The notes beneath the pieces were generated by a model that did not search any database, was not told the DNA's origin, and was given only the letters and a program-made list of their open reading frames with translations. Of a stretch of DNA of 64,000 nucleotides, positions 1 through 13,175 are shown piece after piece. This DNA is from Octopus sinensis (Eukaryota), in contig NC_043000.1 of assembly GCF_006345805.1 (NCBI RefSeq), positions 12,338,001-12,402,000 of the forward strand, in the 5' to 3' direction. Positions within the stretch are counted from its first letter, which is position 1, and every line of letters begins with the position of its first letter. The position numbers and the translations under genes are program-made.

Positions 1-634
1 ATTAGGGAGAGAGAATCCTAAATCAGAAATTTCTAAAGACAAATTTACATTAACCACTCTGAATAGAAAGAAAGAAACAATTTAGGGAATGTTCTCCATG
101 AAAAACCAATTCCTTTTTACTGGGCCAGTCAAAATATTTGTAATTTACAATTATGAGAGCTAACACTTAGATACATTATGACAGGGTTTTCGTAAATTGA
201 TGTTGAGTAGGGGTTCCAGGCTTACCTGTGTAAACATGGCAATTTGAATGGAAAATGTCAGTTAAGTTCTATATCTGTTTCCCCCAAGGATGCATTCTTT
301 GATTCTCATTTACACATTGTTACATATTTTTCTATAAAATGTTAATAGACATGTGCATGTCACAAGTGTCATTGTTACATGCACCTGTCTCCATTTAACA
401 TTTTCCTATAAACCTTGATGTATACATATAGATTTACTCATTCACTTCATATATAATTCTTATTCTTGTTTTACCTGTTTTAATTGACTTTATTGATTTT
501 AGTTGAATGTTTATAAATTATCATAGATCTTTCAGTGAGTGTAATTCTTTTGGTTTTAGTTATGATTGTGTATAAAATGGTGACACCATCTTTGTTTAAT
601 TTTTTAAGCTAAGTATTCATTTGTTAGTTTTGTT

Positions 635-975
635 AGGCTCAGGTATGGCTGTGGTTAGAAGTTTACTTCCCAAACACACATCTTCAGGTTCAGGCCCATT
701 TCTGTAACCACCGGCCAACAAATACTTGTGAGTGGGTTTGGTAAGGGAAACTGAAAGAAGCACATTGTGTGTGTGCGTTACTGTTTGCTTGCCTTCACTT
801 CATGTGATAAATATGAATGAATGTCACCAAGATGCAAGTGGTGTCCTTCATTTCCAATCTTCCATGGAAACAGTGGTGTGTTTGTTGGTAATGAGGTGAC
901 ATCCATCTGTAGAAAATTTGCCTTGACAGATTCCATCCAACCCATATGAGTTTGGAAAAGTGGGTGTTAAATAGT
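635..975 (+). mobile_element. Degenerate tRNA-derived SINE (family A head)
   Basis: similar to the 40984 copy (ggc.cagg..tggctgtg...gaaactgaaagaagc). Confidence 0.65.
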
Positions 976-1630
976 GATGCTGGTGTTAATCACAGACATG
1001 TCTTTAACAGTATTTCTGATTTCTTAGGGGTGATTTAAGTTTAATTGAATAATGCATGATGCAATAAAGATTTCAAACATGTCTGCTGTACATATTGAAT
1101 ATTCCAATGTTAATCAGTTTATCTACAGTTGAATTTTGTTTTTCCACTTTTTGTCTAAATCTTAGAGTTAAATGATGAATACTGAATCTGTTTTTTTTTT
1201 TAAGTTATAGTTATCTCAATAGGTGTTATTTACCATCAACACCTGATTGTGTTCTCTTGTCTAAATAGTAACATGAACAGTTTTTTTTTTAAACCAGTAA
1301 TAATAAAGAATTTATTTGATGGTTTGTAAGATGCACCTCCTTTTCTTTTTTTTTAACCATCAAAAATATAATCTTGGGTCTTATATGTAAAGTTGAGCTT
1401 CTCATAAGCTAATTTTGTCCCAGGTGTCCAACATACACTGCTGAAATTAGGATGCATCTGATATGCTGTGCAACTTTTATGCTATCAAATATGGTATATT
1501 GCTGGTATTTCTATTCATTCATAACTGAGCTGTTTACACGTAGTTGGTTTAGCAATTAGTTTCATGTATAAAATATGCGAAGTTTTAACATTGTTGCTTC
1601 TCTCTAAAATTTTATGTTATCTTTTTTCAG

Positions 1631-1819
1631 TTTCATGCCATGGATACTTTACATAGAAGTGGCTATGACATAGCTAAAGCTGTTACGAGTTTGGTACCAC
1701 AAGGTGGTCCTGTACTGTGTCGGGATGAAATGGAAGAATGGTCTGCATCTGAAGCTAATCTATTTGAAGAAGCACTAGATAAATATGGCAAAGACTTCAA
1801 TGATATAAGGCAAGATTTT
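1631..1819 (+). CDS. MTA1: MTA-family exon (ELM2 end/SANT start): [63 protein letters not shown]
   Basis: ttttttcag acceptor, gtaagt donor, 189 nt, phase 0-0; peptide matches the well-known MTA1/2/3 ELM2-SANT sequence. Confidence 0.97.
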
Positions 1820-3755
1820 GTAAGTATTCCTTTTTCTTGTTTTTCATTCTATAATTCTATATTATTACGATATATTTTATACTCACTTGAAGGGGTGATA
1901 TTTTGTTGGTTTAGTTTTTTTTTATGAGCTGAAGTTAGGATGTTAGTTGCCAAACGAGCTGAGTATAATGCACTAGTTTTGATATATAATAGATTTTATA
2001 ATTGACCAGTATTCTAGTACCTTTAAATCACACTGTATCATGTATAATTATATATACTGTCTTGAAGATCTTATATCTAATATACATGCGATCATGAACA
2101 CTTAGTTTTTGTTTTGTAGTTTTTATTTCATCATCATCATCCTTGTTTAATGTCCACCTTCAATGCTATGTTGTGATGTCTTTTGATGTCTTTTTCCTTT
2201 GCTGTTACATTGAATAAATGTTTGTTGTTTTCCTGCCTTGCTTTGGTTTCTCAACTCCTTGATGGAGTGGTAGGGGTGCTGCCATTCTAATATACGATAT
2301 GTCTTGGGCATTTTTAGCCCTAGTGAAGCCTGTTCCCCTCCATGTCTGACCACGGCCACCGCGCACACAAAAAGAATAAGAGAGTGAAAAAGAACCAACT
2401 CCAGTACATGACTGGTACTTTATTATCAGCCTTGAAAGGCAAAGTTGATTTTAGTGGGATTTGAACTCTGTGCATTGAGAGCCAGTGTGATTGATAACTT
2501 CAATGGGTGGGACATTTTCATTTTTATTATTATGGCTTTACATCCATTTTGTCATTCATGACGTGGTTTTAGAAATTTAAGTTACTTTCAAAGTATGTGG
2601 TGTTTCGTTTCATCACACATTGCTTAGACTTATTAAGTTTTTGACTGAGCTGTTTGGTGTGAGTTGTAGCAAGGCATTCTCTAATTTGTAATTCAGTTCA
2701 TTTATTTGTAGAGAAAACAGGAATGCCATGACATTTATTGAGGGGCTGATACTTTATCCTTTGATCAAGTGATACCTTGCTGTAAATATGAGAACATTCA
2801 CTGTATCATAGTCCAACATAGCTTGTCCTGTTGTTCTTAATTATCAAACTTTGACAATTGATTAATATATAATTGTATTAACATTTTGGATTTTAAGGTA
2901 GTGTATTTGGTATAAAGATTAGACTTGTATCGCTGAAGCAGAATGTTAAAACAAAAATGTTATAGAAATACAACACGTTCATTAATGTAAGCTGGTGTTT
3001 GTATGTATGTTTGCTCTCTGCTTAGATAATGTTTACATCACACTAAAGCTGTAAAATTAATGTTTTTTGTAATGGTAATGTATGGGCAATATTTTAGCTA
3101 TTTCTTTCTGACAAGTATCAATTCTTATCTGGTAAAAATTTGACTTGGCATGTATTTTTAAAGCTGCCTTTTCAGTAACTCTATCTTTTCAAGTGTTTTT
3201 TTTTTTAAATTTTATTTTGGGAATAAAAACATCTCATTTTGAATATTGTAGAAAGAACTTTCTCTAATGAGCATTTTGGGACAGTCTCAATCTGTTCTTA
3301 AATTCCTTTCATTTGTAAACTCTTTAGTGTTGGATAGAATGTCTTGCTGTTTTCATTTTGGTTCTCTGCTGTGAATTGAAACATTGCTGATATCAACTTT
3401 TCTTGCCATCCCTTTGAGTGTCAAATTATCAGATCCACTTCTCCTGTAATTCAAAAGCCAGTCCATGTCACATTAAGTCATGCTGATTTGTCTGGGAAAT
3501 CACTTTCAAGGCACATGTAACTTGATTATTCATCCCATTTACATGCTAATTTCACAAGACCAATTAAAGGCTCACCATAAACTAATGGAGAATCCATTTC
3601 TACTGTGACATTTTTTTAAAGTTAAACAGTTGTGCATCAAGGTTGTACAACATAACATACATACATATATTAATGGTTTTCATTTGTATAGTATCCTGAG
3701 GGATTTCTTGTTTGTGTTCTAAAATTACATAATCCTTTTTTTTTTTTTTTTCAAG

Positions 3756-3830
3756 CTGCCTTGGAAGTCATTAAAAAGTATCATTGAATATTATTATATG
3801 TGGAAAACAACAGACAGATATGTACAGCAA
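3756..3830 (+). CDS. MTA1: MTA exon (SANT): [25 protein letters not shown]
   Basis: poly-T tract + caag acceptor, gtaagt donor, 75 nt; canonical MTA SANT helix 3. Confidence 0.97.
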
Positions 3831-4136
3831 GTAAGTATGCACATATATTTTTTTTTATAATAGTTTCTGTTACCATCTATGAGGTTGTAAAAATTATTTA
3901 TAGTGAAATGTGTAACTGAAAGTTGATAATGTGGAATTTTCTTCAATATGTATTTGGGAGAAAGAGATAGATAAGAATCTAGGAAATTAGACTTAAATTG
4001 TTTAGCATGAGAAGTTGTTACTTTTCCAAAATCTTGTTCTATTCTAATGTCTATGCAGAGAGAATTAAGGAGTAGAATTGAGTAAGTTATAGTTTTAATT
4101 TTCTGGATCCTTAAGATATTATATTTTCTTTTACAG

Positions 4137-4195
4137 AAAAGAATAAAAGCTGCTGAAGCTGAAAGTAAGCTAAAGCAGGTTTACATTCCCAACTA
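4137..4195 (+). CDS. MTA1: MTA exon: KRIKAAEAESKLKQVYIPN(Y)
   Basis: ttttacag / gtaagt, phase 0-2; conserved MTA post-SANT peptide. Confidence 0.96.
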
Positions 4196-5002
4196 GTAAG
4201 TACTGTTATGTTGCTTTTTTTTCTTTACCAAAATTCCTAGCACTGATTATTTTAATTCCAACACTGCTTTGGCTATTAGTTCCCCCATCGCACCCTTTTC
4301 TCTGTTTCTTTGTCTTGAAAAATTTATAATAACATATAATCTCCCATTTCGTGTAGAATATATCAATATTTGCTACAATTGCTTTTTTCTAATTTAAAGT
4401 TATTGAATATTTATATAGTTCAGACTTATGGTACAACTTACTGCTGAATGTTCTAACATAATTGAGGTATGTGACATGATAGCCTCTGTGTGGTTTAGTT
4501 CATTCTCTCCATGCCATGTGGTTATATGTTAGAATAGCAGTCAAATGTCTTTTAAAAGCAAACTCCATCTTTAAACATGTACAATTACCAAAACAAATAT
4601 AAGATGGGATGGTCATGGCCAGAACACCTATAATTACAGGTCTGCTCAATCATAGTTGATGAGCAAAACAAATAATAAAAAAATAAGTGTAAATGGAGAA
4701 TTAACTTGTCACACATTGATTTTTCACCTGAATGACAGCACCCTACTAAATTGTATTTACAGGGCAATTATTATTAACAGTTTGGGTGTGTAGCTGTATC
4801 AAGCCAAAGATGTTTGATTTTGTAATGCCATTGTCTCAAATTTCTATAAAATTGTTAGTTTTAAAATACTTGCTAAACAGTATAGGACTAGATGTATAAC
4901 AAGGTGAAATGTTTTTTTTTTCCTTACCAGTTTAGAAATTGATTTGGTTATATTCTAGCATGATAAATGACTTGGTTATTAATTTTTGTTCTTTCATTAC
5001 AG

Positions 5003-5205
5003 CAACAAACCCAATCCAGCAGCCATTAGTGGGAAAGTGAATGGTGTCGATGGTCAAGTTTCTGGACGAGCTTGTGAAAGCTGTTATGCTGCCAATTCCA
5101 GTCAGTGGTATTCATGGGGACCTGCACATATGCAGTGCCGTCTCTGTTCCTCTTGTTGGATTTACTGGAAAAAGTATGGTGGTCTTAAAATGCCTACTAG
5201 GTTAG
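5003..5205 (+). CDS. MTA1: MTA exon, GATA-type Zn finger: [67 protein letters not shown]
   Basis: cattacag / gtaggt, phase 2-1; CESC...[18 protein letters not shown] is diagnostic of MTA. Confidence 0.97.
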
Positions 5206-5679
5206 GTAGGTGCCTCATTGTTTTTCCTGTATCCCTAACCCTATGCAAAATGAATGTGGCTTGAAATATGTTTTCCTGTCACACCTTTCCATCAGCACAG
5301 TGTAATTAATGTTGTCTTTACATATATGAGATCATAGCTCTAATTACCTTTCAAACGTAGCTTCATAAATTTGATATCAATCTCTATGTGTTTAGCTAAT
5401 TTCCTACATCATAAAACTATTTTCTCTTATATGACATCATTTAATGGAAGTGGACAGAAAATTAGATACTATTTTTGTTTACTTAATTTTAGTAATAATG
5501 CTAACTCTCGATCAGTGCTGTGGTCATTCCTTACAGTTTTGAATATTTTTTCTGTCTGGTGAGAGCAACTTGTAGTGGTGCTTCTGTGACATGTCACAAT
5601 TTAAAAGAACTTCTGTGAATGTTTTGATCTACCTAAGGCATTTTTATTAATGAAGTTTCTCAATCAGAAATGTATCTGT

Positions 5680-5932
5680 ATCTTTTACTTATTTCAATCA
5701 TTGGACTTCAGCCATGCTGGGGCACCACACTGAAGGGTTTTAATCGAACAGATTGACCCTCAGTACTTATTATTTTTAAGTTTGATACTTATTCTATCAG
5801 TCTCTTTTGCTAAACCACTAAGTTACAAGGCATTATTAGTTGGCCTGGGGCTATAGTTGAAGATGCTTGCTTGAAGTGCTGCACTATGGAACTGAACCCA
5901 AACCCATGTGGTTGCAAAGCCATGCCTGTACC
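5680..5932 (-). mobile_element. SINE family A, internally deleted
   Basis: reverse-complement similarity to 40984-41370. Confidence 0.7.
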
Positions 5933-6822
5933 TACATCTCAGTTTGCCACTGAGCACTTTTTTTTTTTATTTATTAAAAAATAATTCTGGAAAATACATC
6001 TTAATGCAAACTTATTTTGTGTACATTTCTGCATGATGGCCATGACAATATGCCACATAAAGTACAGTCAACATCGACTGCTGTTTAACTGACAATCTTG
6101 CCAATGACTTTGATAGATTTATTAAAGTAAAACCAATGAAATATTAACTGAACTTGTCAAAAGTCATAGCTTAGTTTGTTAACTCAAGCATATACTCTTT
6201 TGATTCCCCTCATTTATTTCTCTTACATTTCCACTCAGTGTAAGTTATGGATCACTAGAGAAAAGAAAAAAACCTCAAACACAGAATAAAAAGTTTAATT
6301 ACCTTTCCTTTATAAAGCAAATTATTATTTAAGTTTCCAAAATTTTTCTTTGGAATATGAAAATTTGGAAATTAAAATTGGAGACAGAAAACTATTTTGA
6401 AAATTTCTTGTGTAAACCTCAGGTAATTAATTTCATGAGCAAAAATACTAAATGTTTAGCAATGATGGGTGGGTGGATTTACTTCACTAAGTTATCGTCT
6501 ACTGTTTTAAATTGTTTAAAGTTTTCTTCTTTTAAACACTTATTCTTCATTTCTTTTTTGTAAATTGCATGTGTACAGTTTTATTTCTCTTCATATATGT
6601 TTTAATGTTATTTTTGGCTTCTGTGAAGTGTTGCTATATTATAACCCTGACACTCGTGGGCCAAGCATGTTATTGTGCATGATCTGGTATAAATGACAAA
6701 ATTTGTGGAAAGGAATCCTCAATAAAACCCAAGTAGCAACTTAGAAATGTTTATATTTTTTGTTTGTAGATTAATTTATTTTGATAGGCATATTTTAATA
6801 TATTTTGTATTATGTACCTCAG

Positions 6823-6870
6823 ATCACAGGATTGAAAAATCAGAGGCTGACAGGATAGATCCTATGAGAG
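6823..6870 (+). CDS. MTA1: Candidate 48-nt cassette exon of MTA: (D)HRIEKSEADRIDPMR
   Basis: tacctcag acceptor, GAG|gtgaaa donor, phase 1-1, open, purine-rich amid T-rich intron. Confidence 0.55.
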
Positions 6871-8058
6871 GTGAAAATTTTTTTTTTATTTATTTTTTTT
6901 TGCTGAGTGCCTTTAGAATTATTAAGGGTATTGGGTGCATTTCAGTACACCAGCTCCTCTTAATCCTAGTTAGATGCTCCATGTTCCATTCTAGAGCTTC
7001 TAGCTTTCACATACAGCAACATATTTTTAAGAGTTCAGAAAAATATATAGGAAATGTGTGTGTGTGTGTGTGTGTGCATGCGTGCGTGTGCGCAAGTGTG
7101 AAGCCTAGAGCAAGAAAAGGTGACTATTCAGGTATTCTTCACTTTTCATTATCCCATTAAAATTTTACACATAGCTATTGAGAATTAACTAATTTTAAAG
7201 AAAAATTATCATCATAGAAATTTTGATCCTGTTTCCCAAAATTGAGGGTACCGGTTTGCTGACCAAACTGTGACATTATTGTTTACACTTATGTCTGTAA
7301 GGATGATGCATTTGTGAATTTTGGTGAACTTCAATTACAATATAATTTTGTTTAAATTTCTTTCTTTATTTTACTTGCTTGATATATTCTGTTCTCCAGT
7401 AAAATCTTTCAGATATCTAAATATATTAGAGGGATGGGTTTGGGGAACAAAACTTTTGTTTTTCTTTATCAATTACCTTAATAATAGTTTTAACACTTTA
7501 GTGTACCAATACAGAACATGCCATCTGACTTTGTTTTACTGATATTTATATTGTGTACACAGTTGTGTTAGAACTGACATATTATCTCTGTCTAAATAGA
7601 CTTGTGGGTTTTTCATATTATGTTGGCACTCCTCTACCCTGTTTTCATCATTTTGCAATGTTTGTGTCATCTGTATGCTTGTTATGGAGGTGGAGAAATG
7701 TTTTGTGACATTTTAGTTTGCTGAAATTCTTATGTTTCTGTTTATATAAATGTTTCCACTTACAATGCTTACATATTGCAACTAAACAGTAAATAGTACT
7801 GTTCATACAGTATATCTAGTACATTGCCCATACATCATAAAAGCAGGTTCACACACATACTCACACATACACACACACTCACACACACACGTGTATAAAT
7901 ACTCAAAAGGAAGTCAAAACGTGTATTTTATAGATACATGCTACCCGTATACACATTGAATATATTGCCAACAGTACTACAACCACCACACTCCATAACC
8001 TTGTTCTGCTATACACACACACATGCATACTTATTGTTATAAAAATAATCTTTTTCAG

Positions 8059-8120
8059 AGAGATTAGCTCATCTAAATGCTATGCGAATGCACAGGTGTA
8101 CAATAGCAGGATGTGGTAAG
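8059..8120 (+). CDS. MTA1: MTA exon, first half of C2H2 finger: (E)RLAHLNAMRMHRCTIAGCGK
   Basis: tttttcag / AAG|gtaagt, phase 1-0, in frame with both flanking exons. Confidence 0.9.
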
Positions 8121-8247
8121 GTAAGTGTTTCGCGTTTAGAAAGTTCATTCTAAACTGTGTAATAATCAGAATTCTATAAACTGTTGCATTGTAGCCCTTT
8201 ATATTTACAATATCTAACCCCCCTTTTTTTCCCTCTTCTCTACAAAG

Positions 8248-8473
8248 GAATTCAAACTAAAACCTCATCTTGCTAGACATCTTGCAACAGCCCATGGTCT
8301 CGCCATTCGTGCAGGCAGTCCTCGGCCAATGATGAAAACTCGAGCAGCATTCTGTCTTATTACCACACCTCTAACAAGAATCTCTAGGAGATTATGCAAA
8401 GATATACTTCGACCAAGACATGCAGCTCGGTGTCCTTTTGTTCCCATTAATATTGCAGCGATAAAGCAAGAAT
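8248..8473 (+). CDS. MTA1: MTA exon: EFKLKPHLARHLATAHGLAIRAGSPRPMMKTRAAF...HAARCPFVPINIAAIKQE (C2H2 end + R1 RBBP4-binding-type region)
   Basis: pyrimidine tract + aaag acceptor, gtgagt donor, phase 0-1; KTRxAF...AARxP..PIN..AIK.EC is the MTA R1 motif. Confidence 0.95.
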
Positions 8474-11400
8474 GTGAGTATCTAAACTTTAGTTTGTCTT
8501 TTACAATAACTAATCAGAAGTTATATTGAAATAAAATGAGTCCAGTCAACTTTTACTATAGTAATACTAAAATATTCAATATGCTTTTCTCATTGCTATG
8601 CAATGAATGGCAGTTGTATCATGGAGTTGAAATCATTTTAGAACTGATGACTGCTATCATTAGCTTACACGGGAGACTTCCTTCTCTCTTTAATCACTAC
8701 AGTCAACATGCTTCAAATGATATCTTTATTTTTCATTGGTAATAAGATTTACATTGAAATTATGTGAATCCTAGTCCAGGATGGGATTTGTAATCGTTCT
8801 CTCTGTTGATTAACGGTCATAAGATCTGCATGAACCTGATCAGAATGTGACCAATACAAGTCATAGGTTCTTATTTAATCAGAGAGAAAATACAGCTGTC
8901 AAGCAGAAACTGTGATTATCAGCATATTCAATGAAATGTAAAATTATTTAATTTTGCTTAAATATTACTCTATAAAATAGCCAATTTTCAGCTGCAATAA
9001 ATAAGATAATTCTAGTGCGGAAGCTTAGTGCACATTATTGAATTTTTCACTTGTATTTGAGTGTATATAAAACAAGTGCACCATGACGGTAGACTCTCCT
9101 GTTGTCTGTAATTTCTTGCTGAACAGCCTGCACAAATGATTTGTTCATAGTGATCAAAAAATGTTTGCTGTGCATCAACTCCTTCACTCCATATAACCAT
9201 CATGGTGTGCCTCACATCAGATGACAAAGTGATCACAGAGTAACATGAAATGAAGTGTTTTGCTCAAGAACACAACAGACCATTTAGTCTGGGAATCAAA
9301 ATCTGGTTCTTGCTATCATGAGTAGGACACTATAAAAGTAAAAATAGTAGCATGAAACACTGAAATTTATCAAAATCTTTGAAAAATTTCATACTCCACC
9401 AGTGAAAAGAGTCTCCAATATTAATTAAGCTGAATTTACTAATTGCCCAACAGTAAATGCAAAAACTGGAAATGAAGTAAATTAGAAAATAAAATATATG
9501 AAGAAATAAAATATATATATATATATATATTATGGAGATGTACATGCATAGCAAGTGACTTGATTTGAGATTGTGTGCTGAAAGAAAAATAATTGCAGCA
9601 TGGAAGGTGTTTTTATAAGCCATTTAAAAACACACAAAAACCGTTAGATTCACTTCAACATTTAAATTTAATTTGTCAAAATATTTTTGTCACTTTCAAA
9701 CCGCGACCTGTTCGCTGACAAAATTCCATGCTGCATCTCTGTTGGTTTATATATTATATATATATAAATTATTCCACTTGTAGATTTTTCTGATATTTTT
9801 TGTTTTTACATCACTGATCCTATTTCTTTCACCTTCCAAATTGATATTCACTATTGACCACCCATGTTCACCGGTGACTGTATTCACCTCTATCTCCATC
9901 TCTATATTCTAACTCTTCTTTCGCTCTGTCCAATCTTTTGGATCACTTGTATTCTCCTTCTTGTAACTTGAGAGTATGTCCTGACACCCCCTCTTCACCA
10001 GCTTCTCTCTTTTCCCAACTAGGGTAGTCAAGTATCGTCTCTACAGCAATAGTTCCTGATCTATCATTCTTTAACATCTCATCATCTGGTATAAGGCCAC
10101 CTCTCTCCATAGAACCCTCCCCACCTCAGTTGAAGGGTCTTGTCTTGCAAGTTACTTAGGACAGCTTGCTAGTGCTTTGCAAAAAACACTGTGAAGCAGT
10201 GAAATCATGCCAGAGCAGACATTGGAAGTTGGTGCAATCCTCTGGGTTATTGACTCCTGTTGACCTGTCCAATCCATGCCAGTTTGTAAGGAAGACATTA
10301 AACAATTGCATTGCTACATCTACTCAGAACTGCAGCAGTTACGAGCATTTCATGATTTGTTATATTGTAAAACACATCAACAATACTCTTTATTATATAC
10401 CAAATCGGGTCACCACTACTTTTTAGGCCTACCATCTGCGTAATAGCTCAGCTGATTCTCTTTGATCTATCGCATCAATTTTACTGTTTCAGTTGAAGTT
10501 TACAAATGGTGAACCATTTCCATTCACGCATGAGCACACATAGATAAGTGAATTTGCTTCTTGTCTCTAGATAACCAGCAAATTTCCTTTTGTACTGTTG
10601 AATTATTTAACTCCTTTTTAATTTTGTTTCTGTTTTATGTCCAGTGGCAACCCTTTCTGTAAGTTTGACCAAACTGAAATACTGGTTAAAAATATTTGTA
10701 TAGCAAAGAGGTGATAATTTCCAGATCATATCTTACCCTATGGTTATGTAGTCTTGCACCCCTCTCTCTGTATGAAAATAACCGACAACATTACTCAGTA
10801 ATCACACTTTTCATGTCTCATTTTGTTTTTTTTCACTGATTTATAATAAGGCTTAAATAATTTTTGCACTCTGTCCAAGAGCAATCTTATTTAGATAATG
10901 GTATTTAATTTTCTTCATGTGCCATCATAGTGTTGGTGTTTCATATAGGAAAACTCAGACAGAACAATACAAAGTTAGTATTTGGGTCATAATTCTGGAA
11001 ATGGGTGTGGTTCTAGTATTTTCCTAAAACCCATTCTTTTTAAGCTGAAAAATGTCCAAATTTTGTTCAGCTATGTAAGAGTCCATAATTTGTCCTGAAT
11101 TTCCTTTGTGTATTTTCTGCTTATATTTGTTATATCTAGAGCACTTTAATTGGGATAAGCAAAAAGAAATAGTCGCTGCTTTCTTTGTCATTGGGAGAAC
11201 AGTTTGGTCTGGCTTTTTCAAAAAGGAAAAAAGAAATTATATATTAGTTATAACTCTAGATTGTTTCTTCCTATTGCTACCTGAATTGTTTTCATTATTG
11301 GAAATTGAAGTATTAGATTTAAACAGTTAGGCTTGTTAAACTTTTCACTTGCTACAATTACTGAATCTGGAGGGGTATCTATATTTTGAAAATGATTAAA

Positions 11401-12759
11401 AGATCTTAAAACTGATCTGGAGAAAATGGCATAAAAATTCAAGGAAGCCAGATATTGTAGCTTGAGAAGGTCATTATGTCCATAATAAACATGCCCTGGT
11501 TGTATTTCACTTTTATTGTTATTATTATTATTTTACTATTTAGCCAATTATGACAATCTCTCCTTCAGTTCTAATGAGCTGTCTTTAATATTCACTCAAA
11601 CCAATTCTGAACTATTAAGCAAATTCTCAATAGCTGTCAGAAATATTCTGAGCTGATACAAAACTAATGGGAAGTTTCTCATAACTTTGTTTTATCACTT
11701 CCTTCAAGATTTTATGAGCCATAGACTGAAGAGTGGGAAGATCAATGGTTTAGAGCATTGATTTAGGGTATTGTTTGTTACTAATTAAAATGGTAGTATA
11801 TGGGTAGGAATTCATTTTCGTATATAAGTAGTTCCGGAGAGTTTTTAACCAAATGTTCATTATGCTGTGGTTTAAAGAGATGGGCAGCACTGTGGAAGTA
11901 GCATGCATCCCATATTTTGAGATGTGGAGATTAGATGTAACATCATGAGAGGATCAGAAGGAATTTCAAATGGATAAATAAATAAAAGAATTCTCTTAAA
12001 AGTTAAGAAGGGAAAGAATAGCTACTATGGTGATGTACTTGTTAATTATGATGATCCTGGACAAGTCTTTTCTCTAGTCCCAAAGTCAATTTTCATAACT
12101 AGTGCAATATTTTTCTCCTTCATCACCCAAATTTTCAAGAATTTCAGGGTTTATAATTTGTGTATCAATTAATTTTAGTTGTTAGTGTATGGAACACTTT
12201 GAATAACAAAAAATGAATGGGCAATGGCTATTGGGTTACAAAGATATTGGTTTGGTCTGTTTTCTTCTGAAAGTTATAGAAAGAAAATGAAACTTCTTTG
12301 GAACACGTCAGTTTATTGTTGCTTTCTCTGTCACTGTTGTTCTACCAGAAATTTGAGACATTTAGCCCAGAATCCACCATGTTTATGCTTCATGCATTTA
12401 TTTTTTATTTACTGTATTTAAGAAAGATTCATATAAATCGATATTTCTGTATATGAAGCTTTAAGATTATATTATGCAACATTATGCCAAAAAGTGATGG
12501 GGATCTCAAAAACAGAAATTTCATCACCTAACAATGTCAGATGGCATACATCTAGTGTTTACCTATTGAAATCATGTTTTAACTTGATTTATGCTGGAAT
12601 TTTTATTTGAATATGTATATTCAAATCTAAGCAGTTTCAGGTGATTTAGTTTTAATCAAAAATTAGCATTCTTTTCCTTAAGATATTTAAAGATTTTGTA
12701 TAGTAGTGATGGAACTATATTGGTGAGGGGGGGGGGCAAGGTTTTTACATCAACTTTAA

Positions 12760-13175
12760 AGAAATACATCTGAACTCAGTATAAATTTTATTAATCAAAA
12801 TAATGTCTGTTAAAATCAATTTTAAATATTTCTGTTTATTCTGATGATACAGAATTCAGAAATCCTAGAATCACTCAACTCGTCAAAGGTTATTTTGATC
12901 TGCTGCTTGGTTATTGAAGACCTTCTTTTGCAGGGTGTTATAGTGACGCACAGAAAAGTAGTTGTGAGTCAGGGGTGTGGGAGTAAGATGGATGTGGTCA
13001 ATTTTCATAGCCACCTCATTCAGTTTCTGCAATCATTCCTGAGGCATGTGGCCAATCATTGTCATGGAATAGAATCTGTCCTTTGTGACTGGTGCCAAAC
13101 ATTACAGTTCTTCGTGGATTTTGTTGATTTCTTGGCAATACTCCTTCGAGGTTTTACCAGGATTCAAGAAAACGG
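12760..13175 (-). pseudogene. Decayed mariner transposase C-terminus
   Basis: minus-strand translation with frameshifts: YCQEINKIHEEL..KGQILFHDNDWPHAS..QKLNE..KVFNNQ, matching the mariner ILLHDNARPH region. Confidence 0.8.
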
